Shown piece by piece: positions 8,831 to 17,753 of a DNA stretch of 39,085 nt. The position numbers were made by a program, and so were the translations under genes. The DNA is from a virus. Lineage: Duplodnaviria > Heunggongvirae > Uroviricota > Caudoviricetes. Each line of letters begins with the position of its first letter. Position 1 is the stretch's first letter. The notes beneath the pieces were generated by a model. The model worked only from the letters and a program-made list of their open reading frames with translations, did not search any database and was not told where the DNA came from. Location: the IMG/VR virus record IMGVR_UViG_3300032116_000060, positions 1 through 39,085 of that record, one strand, 5' to 3'.

Positions 8831-8835
8831 ATAAA

Positions 8836-9861
8836 TTATTCTCTAATTGTATCTAATGTTACACAATGAGGGCCTCCACTAAAAGTTCTAGCGTGTCTCA
8901 TTTTGACAGGTATAGAATCCACTCCCCACTTTTTTAATTCTCTCATAAGTGGAATTTGTCGTTCTTCTACAATCATAGTGTTTTCATCGTAAGAAAGGGT
9001 GTTCATTCCCAACCACGGCGATGCTTCCGCCCAATGTTCTAGGAAAGGAGTGTCAACCATCTCAGGAGAGTAGATTTTATCCCATTTGCGAAAGACTTCT
9101 GGCATATTGGTATCATTTACCCTTTTAGGATTAAGTAAGACCAGTCCCTCTCTAATCAACACGAAAGTGGTATCAATATGGATGAATGCATATACATCTT
9201 GAATAGGATGAACTTTGTACTTTTCTTTCATGTTTTCATCCAACCATTTTTGTAAATATTGTGCACCTGCTAAGTTACCGGTATTGGAAACCAAATAGAT
9301 TATATCGTTATTACACTTTAACAGGTTAGCAGCATCAAATACAGGTTCTTCGTTCCCTAATGTTGGGCCAGGTAACAATCCCCTATCATAAATAGAATCC
9401 AATAATTTAGGTTTAGGAAAATCTACCCAATGGTTTTCATCGAAAAGGTGTTTAAATGCCCTCGCTTCATTTTGTCTTTGACGGAGAGCCATAGGTGTAG
9501 CAATTACTTTATCTTCTATAACTAACATAGAATCTCGTGGGCAATATCCATAATACCCATCTACTTCCCAATTTTCAGTTACATATTTTTCACTCCAATC
9601 AATTAAAGCGGGTCTGAATACTTCTACCCCTAACCCCTCTAATGTTTTACTTAAATCATCCAAATCTTCAATTGTTTCTTCAATCATCCAATTAGGATAT
9701 CTTCCATATGGAATACGAAGAAATTGTTCATCGGTGTAATTAGCATAATCAATTGTGTGTAGGGATTTATCTCTAACGGTTGGTATTTGTGCAAATTCAG
9801 GTCTTCCTACAATTATTTGTTTAAGTTTTCCCCATTCGTTTTTAATGTAAGGTTTTATCAT
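8836..9861 (-). CDS. Amidinotransferase (glycine/inosamine-phosphate amidinotransferase family)
   Basis: NEWGKLKQIIVG, YCPRD, VFDAAN, HIDT and C-terminal GGPHCVTLD, i.e. the Asp-His-Cys catalytic set. Confidence 0.92.
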   Translation of the reverse strand: MIKPYIKNEWGKLKQIIVGRPEFAQIPTVRDKSLHTIDYANYTDEQFLRIPYGRYPNWMIEETIEDLDDLSKTLEGLGVEVFRPALIDWSEKYVTENWEVDGYYGYCPRDSMLVIEDKVIATPMALRQRQNEARAFKHLFDENHWVDFPKPKLLDSIYDRGLLPGPTLGNEEPVFDAANLLKCNNDIIYLVSNTGNLAGAQYLQKWLDENMKEKYKVHPIQDVYAFIHIDTTFVLIREGLVLLNPKRVNDTNMPEVFRKWDKIYSPEMVDTPFLEHWAEASPWLGMNTLSYDENTMIVEERQIPLMRELKKWGVDSIPVKMRHARTFSGGPHCVTLDTIRE

Positions 9862-10403
9862 CTATCTCTTTTTTGTAATATTGGATTATTTGTAGGCCAT
9901 TCCATTTGAAACTCTGGATCATTCCACTTAACTACATATTGTTCATCTGCATCCACATAACCATCTTTATAAAATAGGTTATAGTGAAACATACAATCGG
10001 TTAGTGCATAATGTCCATTTGCAAATCCCGGCGGAACTAATACCTGATTTCTCAATCTTTCGGTTATAATGTATGATTCCCAATCTCCATAAGTTGGTGA
10101 ACCTTCTCTCATATCTAAAACAACCAAATATATATCACCTACTACCGCTTGAACTAATTTCCAAGTCTTTTTATCCCAATGTAATCCTCTTAATACACCT
10201 TTGTAAGAACGTGAAAATCTTCCATGTATTGAAAGTTCACTTTTATCATAATGTATGTGATTCATTACCGGATGCTGTTCCGAATGATATGTTGTCCATA
10301 TTTCACCTCTATACTCTCTGAATACCGATGGTTGAAATACCGGAACATCAAATCCAAATTTTTTTGATGGAGAAACTTGAAACTCATCCCATTTATTGCT
10401 CAT
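9858..10403 (-). CDS. rmlC: dTDP-4-dehydrorhamnose 3,5-epimerase family
   Basis: SYKGVLRGLH, VLDMREGSPTYG, VPPGFANGH and VKWNDP motifs. Confidence 0.9.
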   Translation of the reverse strand: MSNKWDEFQVSPSKKFGFDVPVFQPSVFREYRGEIWTTYHSEQHPVMNHIHYDKSELSIHGRFSRSYKGVLRGLHWDKKTWKLVQAVVGDIYLVVLDMREGSPTYGDWESYIITERLRNQVLVPPGFANGHYALTDCMFHYNLFYKDGYVDADEQYVVKWNDPEFQMEWPTNNPILQKRDR

Positions 10404-10407
10404 AACT

Positions 10408-11259
10408 TTAAATTAACTTACTTTTAGTATAATTATCTTTCATATATTTTTTAATGTTCATTATTGGTTCATTCACATCTTTAAAAGTAGAATACAAATT
10501 ATCATCGTATAACTTTAAAAAATCTTGATATACCGAATGATGGTATTTTGTGGTATGATGTAATAAATCTCTTGCTAAAAGTGATTCATCGTCTCTACCA
10601 TGCCATCCTCTACTACCTTCAATTACATAATAATTTGCTCCAATTTCACTTGCCAACCCTCTTATCGCCGAAGTGTTTTTATGCCAATTTAATTCAACTT
10701 GCTCATTAGTTAAAAGAGACTCTTTCATTAGATTACCAAATTTAGATTCCCAATTTTTATTATAGTTCGCGATAATATACCAGTGAGGTCTTCCATTTTC
10801 AATAAATTCATATCGAGGATACAATGGCGCATAATGGAATATATTTTTTATTTTAAGTTCTTTATAAAAAGCAAATAATAATCTAAAATGGGTATCCGTT
10901 CCTGTACCCCCTATTCCCAAATTCCAAAATTTACGACCTAATATTTTACTTAATTTATAAGACCATACATTTTCTAAATGATGACCTATTCCAAATGTAT
11001 GAGAACACCCTAAATAAACATCACCTTCATCATATGAATTAAAATCATCCGGAGTTCTAAATCCAGCATTATTTAGTTTGTATTCTATTGGATTTAATTC
11101 GTAATATTGAATACTGGGTTTATCCAGTTCTGAAATAATATGCCTATCCCAAAATTCCTTTGAATCAGTTGGTATATATTCATAAGTTTCATTCGGTTTT
11201 AAATTTAAATCATCTAATTCACATCTGTATTTTAGAATTTTATTTGTTAAATATTCCAT
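10408..11259 (-). CDS. SGNH/GDSL-like protein; C-terminus KSKLI
   Basis: LGCSHTFG block I, NLGIGG, and late RDLLHH. Confidence 0.6.
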   Translation of the reverse strand: MEYLTNKILKYRCELDDLNLKPNETYEYIPTDSKEFWDRHIISELDKPSIQYYELNPIEYKLNNAGFRTPDDFNSYDEGDVYLGCSHTFGIGHHLENVWSYKLSKILGRKFWNLGIGGTGTDTHFRLLFAFYKELKIKNIFHYAPLYPRYEFIENGRPHWYIIANYNKNWESKFGNLMKESLLTNEQVELNWHKNTSAIRGLASEIGANYYVIEGSRGWHGRDDESLLARDLLHHTTKYHHSVYQDFLKLYDDNLYSTFKDVNEPIMNIKKYMKDNYTKSKLI

Positions 11260-11260
11260 A

Positions 11261-11947
11261 TTAAATCAATGATTTTTTGAGTTTTATATTAGCTTTTCCA
11301 AAGTGTTTAATTGATTCAAATAATGTTTTAAGCTCACTATCTACAATTTTTAAATCAATCATAGATTTTTTAACAGCAATCCATATTATAATACCCTCCA
11401 TAGCACCAGGTAAATCGTAAGCCAATTTTTGATAAGGTCTAGTTTGCCTATCAATCTTTTCCCACCATTGAATAAAACTACGTTTTTTATCATTATCTTT
11501 TATATGCAAAACAAATTTACCTTCATGTATCAATTCTAAAGCATCATCGGTTACGGTAGTAAGAATAGATAAATAATCTTTCATATATTCCAACGATCCA
11601 TATACATCTCTCAATTCATCCAATCCAACTATTTTCGATGCATGAAATCCTTCATCTATATGATTCAGTATAAAAAAATCCGCATCACTTTTGATAAATG
11701 TATCTGTATCTAAAAAAAATAGTGTATCAAATTCAGTCAAAGCCTCCCCAATAACAATTCTTTTTAAATTGTAATTAAATGATTCCGATAATTTTATAAC
11801 CCTATAAACACCTTCGATAATTTTTGAAGGAGAATCAGTTCCGACTATTATTTTAAAATCCTTATCTAAATCCAATATAGATTTTGCAACTATATTAAAT
11901 TCATTAATATGTTCATCGCCGTATGCAAGAAAGCAAAAACAAAACAT
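11261..11947 (-). CDS. GT-A-like glycosyltransferase; C-terminus KKSLI
   Basis: FFLDTDTF DxD motif after KRIVIGEAL, with an N-terminal Rossmann-like strand-helix pattern. Confidence 0.55.
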   Translation of the reverse strand: MFCFCFLAYGDEHINEFNIVAKSILDLDKDFKIIVGTDSPSKIIEGVYRVIKLSESFNYNLKRIVIGEALTEFDTLFFLDTDTFIKSDADFFILNHIDEGFHASKIVGLDELRDVYGSLEYMKDYLSILTTVTDDALELIHEGKFVLHIKDNDKKRSFIQWWEKIDRQTRPYQKLAYDLPGAMEGIIIWIAVKKSMIDLKIVDSELKTLFESIKHFGKANIKLKKSLI

Positions 11948-12606
11948 TATATAATCTTATTTAAAGTATTTTGTATTCTAACCTTTTTAGTTTCAGATAA
12001 TATAAATTCATTATAATATGAATCTATTAAGTTTATTTCCAAATAATTAAATATTTTTTCTATCTCACCCTTTTTATAGGATTCGAATATATCTTCATAA
12101 TAAAAAATGGGTTGTTCACATTTGATTGATATACTAGATAGTAATTTAGCGGATGCCGTATATCTATCTACCATATTTTGAATATATAAAGAATCTATTT
12201 CTGCTATATTGTATTTTTTTGGAGTATGCCAATCTATGCCGTATTTTCTAAACATAGTTTCATTAAAAGCAAAACTTTCAGATTGTGCTAATTTATCAAT
12301 TCTATCCAATAAAATTATTTTATCGAAAAATGATATACACCAATCGAAATATGAATTCGAACTATTAAAAGATTTTAAAGGATACTCATTATTTTCAACT
12401 AATAGTAATGTTTTTACTAATAGATTATTACAATTTTGCAATGGTATAATAGTTTGAAAATCGAATCCTTTGTTTTTATACAATTGATAAAAGTTTGGAT
12501 TAAATGGTTCTATAAAAAGGGAATAATCCGGATTTAAATGTGCATTTATTAATTTAGTTAAAGAGGTAGAACCACTTCTAGGAGTAGCCAAAACTAAAAT
12601 TTTCAT
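11947..12606 (-). CDS. PAPS-dependent sulfotransferase; C-terminus LNKII
   Basis: LATPRSGSTSL (5'-phosphosulfate loop), LDRIDKLAQSES (3'-phosphate site) and FYYEDI. Confidence 0.8.
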   Translation of the reverse strand: MKILVLATPRSGSTSLTKLINAHLNPDYSLFIEPFNPNFYQLYKNKGFDFQTIIPLQNCNNLLVKTLLLVENNEYPLKSFNSSNSYFDWCISFFDKIILLDRIDKLAQSESFAFNETMFRKYGIDWHTPKKYNIAEIDSLYIQNMVDRYTASAKLLSSISIKCEQPIFYYEDIFESYKKGEIEKIFNYLEINLIDSYYNEFILSETKKVRIQNTLNKII

Positions 12607-13121
12607 AAAATTGATTTTTCTTGCATTCTAAATTTATGCAAAAACATAGCAATCGCCCATCTTTCACCACTTGTTATGGGAGTAACTTGATGAGGTGTCT
12701 GTGATTGATATATGCATACATTACCAATTTTTTTATTTATATAAATAGGATTATCGTTTTCATCAAAAATGAGATAATCCCCTCCCATAAAATTTTCGTT
12801 AAGAACAATACCTACATTCCATTCTTTTAAAGGTGATCCAGTATCTATGTGCTTACCAAATTCATCACCTATGGTATAATGATGTAAATTTAATTTTGTA
12901 GGTCGGGTATGGATTTTTAATTTAGTTTCATTTTCAAAAAAATCACACATTCTATTTATAATCCAATTTATATCATCTATAAATTCTAGTGCATAAAATT
13001 TATATTTGAAATTATCGAATATATCCCATCTACCATTATCACCCAACAGAGGATACTTATATTTTAAGTCAATAATATATTCACATTCCTCTTGTGAAAA
13101 TAAGATTGATTGATATAACAT
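12603..13121 (-). CDS. 2OG-Fe(II) oxygenase; C-terminus EKSIL
   Basis: KHID, GGD and PHQVTPITSGERW motifs. Confidence 0.9.
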   Translation of the reverse strand: MLYQSILFSQEECEYIIDLKYKYPLLGDNGRWDIFDNFKYKFYALEFIDDINWIINRMCDFFENETKLKIHTRPTKLNLHHYTIGDEFGKHIDTGSPLKEWNVGIVLNENFMGGDYLIFDENDNPIYINKKIGNVCIYQSQTPHQVTPITSGERWAIAMFLHKFRMQEKSIL

Positions 13122-13123
13122 AT

Positions 13124-13261
13124 TTAACTTAGATGTCTATCTTTAATTTTATTAACTACCGTTTGAATAGCAGCATTTACTTTTACTTTAGTATCATTAG
13201 ATAAAGCTACAATACTTGGCTTAATCGTTTGAATCGGTCTATTAATTCTTATATCTGACAT
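13124..13261 (-). CDS. 45-aa small protein (not in ORF track)
   Basis: MSDIRINRPIQTIKPSIVALSNDTKVKVNAAIQTVVNKIKDRHLS* fills the gap between the Hint gene and the next oxygenase. Confidence 0.75.
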   Translation of the reverse strand: MSDIRINRPIQTIKPSIVALSNDTKVKVNAAIQTVVNKIKDRHLS

Positions 13262-13273
13262 AATTAAATTATT

Positions 13274-14767
13274 TTAAAGTTTAGGGGGTTGGCCGCCTCC
13301 GCCACAACCCGAACAGGTGTTGTCATAACAATAGTTTCCACAATATGACCACGGACAATAACAACTATTGTGCATTACTGAAAAAACATCATCTCCGATA
13401 TCAACCAAAAAAAGGTCGGATGGCTCGAAATCCAATCCGTAAACCATCATTTGAGCGTGTTCCATTTCTAAATTAGTTATTTCTAATGTCGATAATTGTT
13501 GTGTATTAGAATCGGTTACAACTAATTTATCACCAATATACATTTGGTTTAGTTTTTCAAATCTTGTTGATGTTGAGCCGGATTCTTCAATATAGTATGT
13601 ACACGATGGAGAATCTACCCAACTTTTACCATCAGCTGTCGTTACCCTTATATAAATTGTATCTATTGATGAAGAAATAATTCCTTGTAAAGATGATGAT
13701 GTTTGAAGTAAGGTTTCATTGGATTTTGATAAACTACCACTCCATCCAAATACATTTAATTTACCTTCTTCAAAATTAGCAGCGTGATTATCGTTATAAT
13801 CTACAAAATCTATTGAACGAATATAATCTCCGATCTGTAAATCACTTGCATTAATAATTGAACCCGTATAATTAATAATTTTAGAGTCCATATCGGTGTG
13901 ATAACTTTCAATTTTTTGATTCACACCAACTTCCTTTGTGATGTATTTCTGTCTACTCTTTTGAATTAATTTTCTATCAGCAGTAAATTCATTAGCTATA
14001 AAATCAATTGGTATTACAGTGGATTGCTTATATCCACCCATACTGATTACTTCCAAATTACTACCATATATAACATCAATGCTTCTTATTATAGAATATT
14101 TATTATCCACTAAATTATCAGTTGAATATAAAAATTCTTGTATAAGGTATTCCGAAGTATTCGATGATTTTAATGAATCTAATTGAGATTGTGATTCTAA
14201 TGAATATATTGATGGATATAATGCAGTATCATAGCTAGGAGCCTGTGCTTTTACTATAACATTTGGTGTTCCATTGGTTTGAAAACTAACATTATTTAAT
14301 GTATCCATACTAACTTCAGATGAACTAAAATAAGTTTTTGGTATATATTGGCTACCGCTCATCAGTTCACAGAATCCAAATTTATCAGCACAATACGAGT
14401 CATCAATCAATGCTGTCGTATCATACGATTGTCTTAATATAAATTTAGTAGGAGAATCTTCTATATATGGTACCGTAACAGAATTAAAAGGAACGATGTA
14501 TTCATTAAAAGAAATGTTATTTTCATTACATTTTTGAACTAATTTTTCCTTAAATCGATATCTTTCATTAGATGGTGAATGGGAATCTCTTTCAGTATAT
14601 ATAAAATGAAATTCTGATATGTTATTCTGAACTAACATATCAAATAACCCATCATATTCCAATAGTTCAGCTCCAGGATTATAAATGGTTGTATTTGTAT
14701 TTATCTCTAAAATTTTTACATCATTATTGTATTCCAATAAATCTGAACCCAATATTATTGCTTTCAT
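13274..14767 (-). CDS. Circularly permuted ATP-grasp + Hint domain + C-terminal Cys-rich 30-aa peptide
   Basis: aa 1-289: N-terminal GSD...KILEINTN, then DKF...IPKTY, IVK, YLIQEF. aa 290-467: Hint-like TGSIINASDLQIGDYIRS, YIGDKL, VYGLDFEP and VMHN. aa 468-497: SCYCPWSYCGNYCYDNTCSGCGGGGQPPKL. Confidence 0.8.
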   Translation of the reverse strand: MKAIILGSDLLEYNNDVKILEINTNTTIYNPGAELLEYDGLFDMLVQNNISEFHFIYTERDSHSPSNERYRFKEKLVQKCNENNISFNEYIVPFNSVTVPYIEDSPTKFILRQSYDTTALIDDSYCADKFGFCELMSGSQYIPKTYFSSSEVSMDTLNNVSFQTNGTPNVIVKAQAPSYDTALYPSIYSLESQSQLDSLKSSNTSEYLIQEFLYSTDNLVDNKYSIIRSIDVIYGSNLEVISMGGYKQSTVIPIDFIANEFTADRKLIQKSRQKYITKEVGVNQKIESYHTDMDSKIINYTGSIINASDLQIGDYIRSIDFVDYNDNHAANFEEGKLNVFGWSGSLSKSNETLLQTSSSLQGIISSSIDTIYIRVTTADGKSWVDSPSCTYYIEESGSTSTRFEKLNQMYIGDKLVVTDSNTQQLSTLEITNLEMEHAQMMVYGLDFEPSDLFLVDIGDDVFSVMHNSCYCPWSYCGNYCYDNTCSGCGGGGQPPKL

Positions 14768-14791
14768 TTGTTACAATTATCTTTTTTCAAC

Positions 14792-14801
14792 TATAAATAT
14801 A
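14792..14801 (-). promoter_or_regulatory. TATATTTATA motif upstream of the ATP-grasp-Hint gene
   Basis: Lies in the 41-nt gap, the longest intergenic gap between 10408 and 21707. Confidence 0.55.
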
Positions 14802-14808
14802 TATAAAC

Positions 14809-15114
14809 TTAAATTATTGATTTTTCACGCTTATCCTCTATCTTTTCAATAAACCCATTATCACACTCTTCCCATTTTAGGAGTGGACAGCTATTATAAA
14901 TTTTAGTAAATATTTTTTTATTAAGGGGGCAGCCACACCCTTTACAATATTCAGACCACTTTTGATTTTTTATGACGGATTTTTTTAATTCACATTTTGA
15001 ACAAATAGAATACCTTCTTTCTGCTAATTTTTTCTCATCATCAGATGGGTTTCTGGCAGTTATCCATGCATTAAAAATTTCTTTATAATCGTATTTAATA
15101 CCATTTATTTTCAT
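14809..15114 (-). CDS. Cys-rich putative Zn-binding protein (DUF6171-like); C-terminus EKSII
   Basis: RYSICSKC...CKGCGCPL...K...SCPLLKW pattern. Confidence 0.7.
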   Translation of the reverse strand: MKINGIKYDYKEIFNAWITARNPSDDEKKLAERRYSICSKCELKKSVIKNQKWSEYCKGCGCPLNKKIFTKIYNSCPLLKWEECDNGFIEKIEDKREKSII

Positions 15115-15123
15115 AATAATTAA

Positions 15124-15753
15124 CTATAATAAAGAATTTGTTTTTAGGGGTTTTGCAACAAAATTTAAATTAAGTATATATCTACTACCTTTAGTTGGAT
15201 AATTTGCGTGATGTGCATATCTCCCATCAAAAACTAAACATCTTCCCATTTTTGGAGAAATTTTAGTCAATAGTTCAAAAGAATCTAAATTTACATTATC
15301 AAAATTTTCCATATACGTCTCTGCGTTATCTCCAAATTTATTACGATAAATACACGTATCACCATCTATATCATTAATATAATATACTGCAGCAATATGT
15401 TCTGCTATTCTATCATAGTGTAATAAATCAATTGGGTTATACTCATAATTTAACGGAGATGTATGGTTAATTTTCCATCTGTAAGTGGTTACAAATTCTA
15501 ATCCTATTTTTTTGGATATAATACGTTGTATATTCTTAATTAGCTCATCTATTTGTTCGTTCTTACAGTCGATTTGAGGATGAACTTTTGCAGGAAATTT
15601 ATGTGTATTTTTTTTACCACCGTAATTTCCTGTTATATTCTCTGTTTCATTCCATTTAATCTCACTATTGTTCGCATAGTTATATAAGATTTTTTGCTCA
15701 TCTACTGATAGCAAATCGTCAAAAACTTCATATATTTTGTCGGAATAAAGCAT
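15124..15753 (-). CDS. 2OG-Fe(II) oxygenase-like; C-terminus TNSLL
   Basis: LHYD, VYYINDIDGDT and HHANYP...RYILNLNF motifs. Confidence 0.8.
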   Translation of the reverse strand: MLYSDKIYEVFDDLLSVDEQKILYNYANNSEIKWNETENITGNYGGKKNTHKFPAKVHPQIDCKNEQIDELIKNIQRIISKKIGLEFVTTYRWKINHTSPLNYEYNPIDLLHYDRIAEHIAAVYYINDIDGDTCIYRNKFGDNAETYMENFDNVNLDSFELLTKISPKMGRCLVFDGRYAHHANYPTKGSRYILNLNFVAKPLKTNSLL

Positions 15754-15754
15754 T

Positions 15755-16543
15755 TTATATTAAGGTTTTAGTTGTTTTATGTAAATCATAGTAATCATAA
15801 ATACTATTATATTTGACAACAAAATTGTCATCTAATGGTAGATTTGTTTTTATATTTTTACTAGAATTTACATATTGTATTTTAAATGGTTTTTTAGTTT
15901 TATCAGATACCCATTTATCTAAATCTTGCAGTTTATCAAATTCAAACCATATTATATTTGGGTTATGATTTGTCCAAAAAGAAATCGGAGTTAATAGGAT
16001 ATCAATTAGATTAACCAGATAACCATTCTTTTCTTTCCAATAATTTTCTTCGTTTTTTCTACTTGATAAAGTTACGTTAATATCGACCGGTTGGTTAATT
16101 AATTTTAATTCAATTAGATAATCTGAAATTTTATCCCATCTCGTCTTTTTGCTAATTAAATCATCTTTTGTGAAAAAAAATAATTCATTCAAAGTAAAAT
16201 GGGAAAACGTATCATAAAAATCTAAATAACCCAATCGTTTAAAATCGGATAACATATGTTTGTAGAATGAATAGAAACGCTCATGTCTTTCTCTATTAAC
16301 CGCTATCACAGGAACATCAATACCAAATTTAGATTGTAAATCTGAAATGGTTTCATGTCCATGAAATATATGATTCATTAAATCTTCTTTTTCAATTGAA
16401 TTAAAATCAATATGTTCATTTGATACTTCCCATTCACCATTATTAGTTTTTACGCCAATATTATTTATAATACAAGAATAGTGAAACGAAGTAGATGCAC
16501 ATCTCGGTAAACTTAAATATATAAACTTATTATCTACTAGCAT
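15755..16543 (-). CDS. Sulfotransferase (family 2-like); C-terminus TKTLI
   Basis: FIYLSLPRCASTSF, NRERHERFYSFY and VNSS motifs. Confidence 0.75.
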   Translation of the reverse strand: MLVDNKFIYLSLPRCASTSFHYSCIINNIGVKTNNGEWEVSNEHIDFNSIEKEDLMNHIFHGHETISDLQSKFGIDVPVIAVNRERHERFYSFYKHMLSDFKRLGYLDFYDTFSHFTLNELFFFTKDDLISKKTRWDKISDYLIELKLINQPVDINVTLSSRKNEENYWKEKNGYLVNLIDILLTPISFWTNHNPNIIWFEFDKLQDLDKWVSDKTKKPFKIQYVNSSKNIKTNLPLDDNFVVKYNSIYDYYDLHKTTKTLI

Positions 16544-17112
16544 TATAATAGTGATTTGGTAACATTTTTAGATGGCCAAACATTTAAGGAATACCTATTT
16601 CTATTTTCTATCTTTTTGACAGAGTGACTTATATTAGAATCAAATATAAAAACGCTACCTATTTTCTTATTAATCGTATAAATGTTATTATCTATATTAT
16701 ATTGTATTTCACCTCCATCATAATCATCATTTAGTTGAATTATAAATGTAATCGTAGCTCCATTTAGTATTTCATGACTGTCAGAATGCCAATCTAAAAA
16801 ATCTCCTACACCATATTTGTTAAAAGAGTATTTTTTAATATAGCTGTATTCTATTCCTTTAAATGGATTTAAATTATTTGATAAATTAATAATTTTATTT
16901 GTCAGGCTTTTTACAATAGGTAAATCAAGTTGTTCATTGAGAAAATAACACCCTAATCTTTTATTACCTGCATATTCCAGGTTTTCACCAACTAATTCTC
17001 CATTGACAAATTTTGAAGATTTCATTTGGATTAAATCAATTGAATTGCCCAAATTAATTAAAGAAATACATTCATCTTCGTTTAAAAAATTTTCAATATA
17101 GCTTGCAAACAT
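16543..17112 (-). CDS. 2OG-Fe(II) oxygenase; C-terminus TKSLL
   Basis: WHSD, YDGGE and SHSVKK...RYSLNVW motifs. Confidence 0.9.
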   Translation of the reverse strand: MFASYIENFLNEDECISLINLGNSIDLIQMKSSKFVNGELVGENLEYAGNKRLGCYFLNEQLDLPIVKSLTNKIINLSNNLNPFKGIEYSYIKKYSFNKYGVGDFLDWHSDSHEILNGATITFIIQLNDDYDGGEIQYNIDNNIYTINKKIGSVFIFDSNISHSVKKIENRNRYSLNVWPSKNVTKSLL

Positions 17113-17753
17113 TATATTATTGATTTTTCTTTTTTAATATATTCAAACCCAACATTCCCCGCTAATACTATTCTATCAATAGTTGAATTAGGAGCGTTGT
17201 TTGGAGAATGAGGCATATCTGCTTCCATTATGATTAAATCATCCTCTTCAGGTCTAATCCAATACTCTTGACCATCTTTACCTTTAAAATATAATACACC
17301 ATCTTCTCCATTCATTACATCTGGCATTTGAATATAATAAACATAGGTATAGGATGGTGGAAATGATTTTGTTTTTTTATTGATTTCAGTATGAATATGA
17401 AACTTTTGATTATCATCGTAAAAGTTTGGTTGAATTGGATCTATAGATCTAACTACATTTACCCAAGCATCAATATTAATTTTATTAAAAGGTAAGTTAT
17501 TTGTAGTGTAAAGTTCTTTACATAAATCTATGCCATTTTGAATAACTTCATCTAATTTACTTTTAATCTCAATTTTACCTATAAAATTTAAATTATTATT
17601 CCATTCCTTTTTATATCCAAATCCATCAGTTTTGACACCAGGTTGAGAGTCAATAACTGAATAGGCTTCTTTTAGAAATAATGATTTATCGGTTAATTTA
17701 TTTAGTTTTGTTTTCCAAATAAAAGTGGTATCATTAAAATATAACTTTTCCAT
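17112..17753 (-). CDS. 2OG-Fe(II) oxygenase-like; C-terminus EKSII
   Basis: FHIH, YVYYIQMP and PHSP...RIVLAGN motifs. Confidence 0.75.
   Translation of the reverse strand: MEKLYFNDTTFIWKTKLNKLTDKSLFLKEAYSVIDSQPGVKTDGFGYKKEWNNNLNFIGKIEIKSKLDEVIQNGIDLCKELYTTNNLPFNKINIDAWVNVVRSIDPIQPNFYDDNQKFHIHTEINKKTKSFPPSYTYVYYIQMPDVMNGEDGVLYFKGKDGQEYWIRPEEDDLIIMEADMPHSPNNAPNSTIDRIVLAGNVGFEYIKKEKSII

Noticed and set aside
13367-13900. Calling the Hint region a standard splicing intein
   Set aside because: No Cys/Ser at the block A first position, no TxxH in block B, no endonuclease, and the C-extein would be only 30 aa. The pattern fits C-terminal cleavage only.
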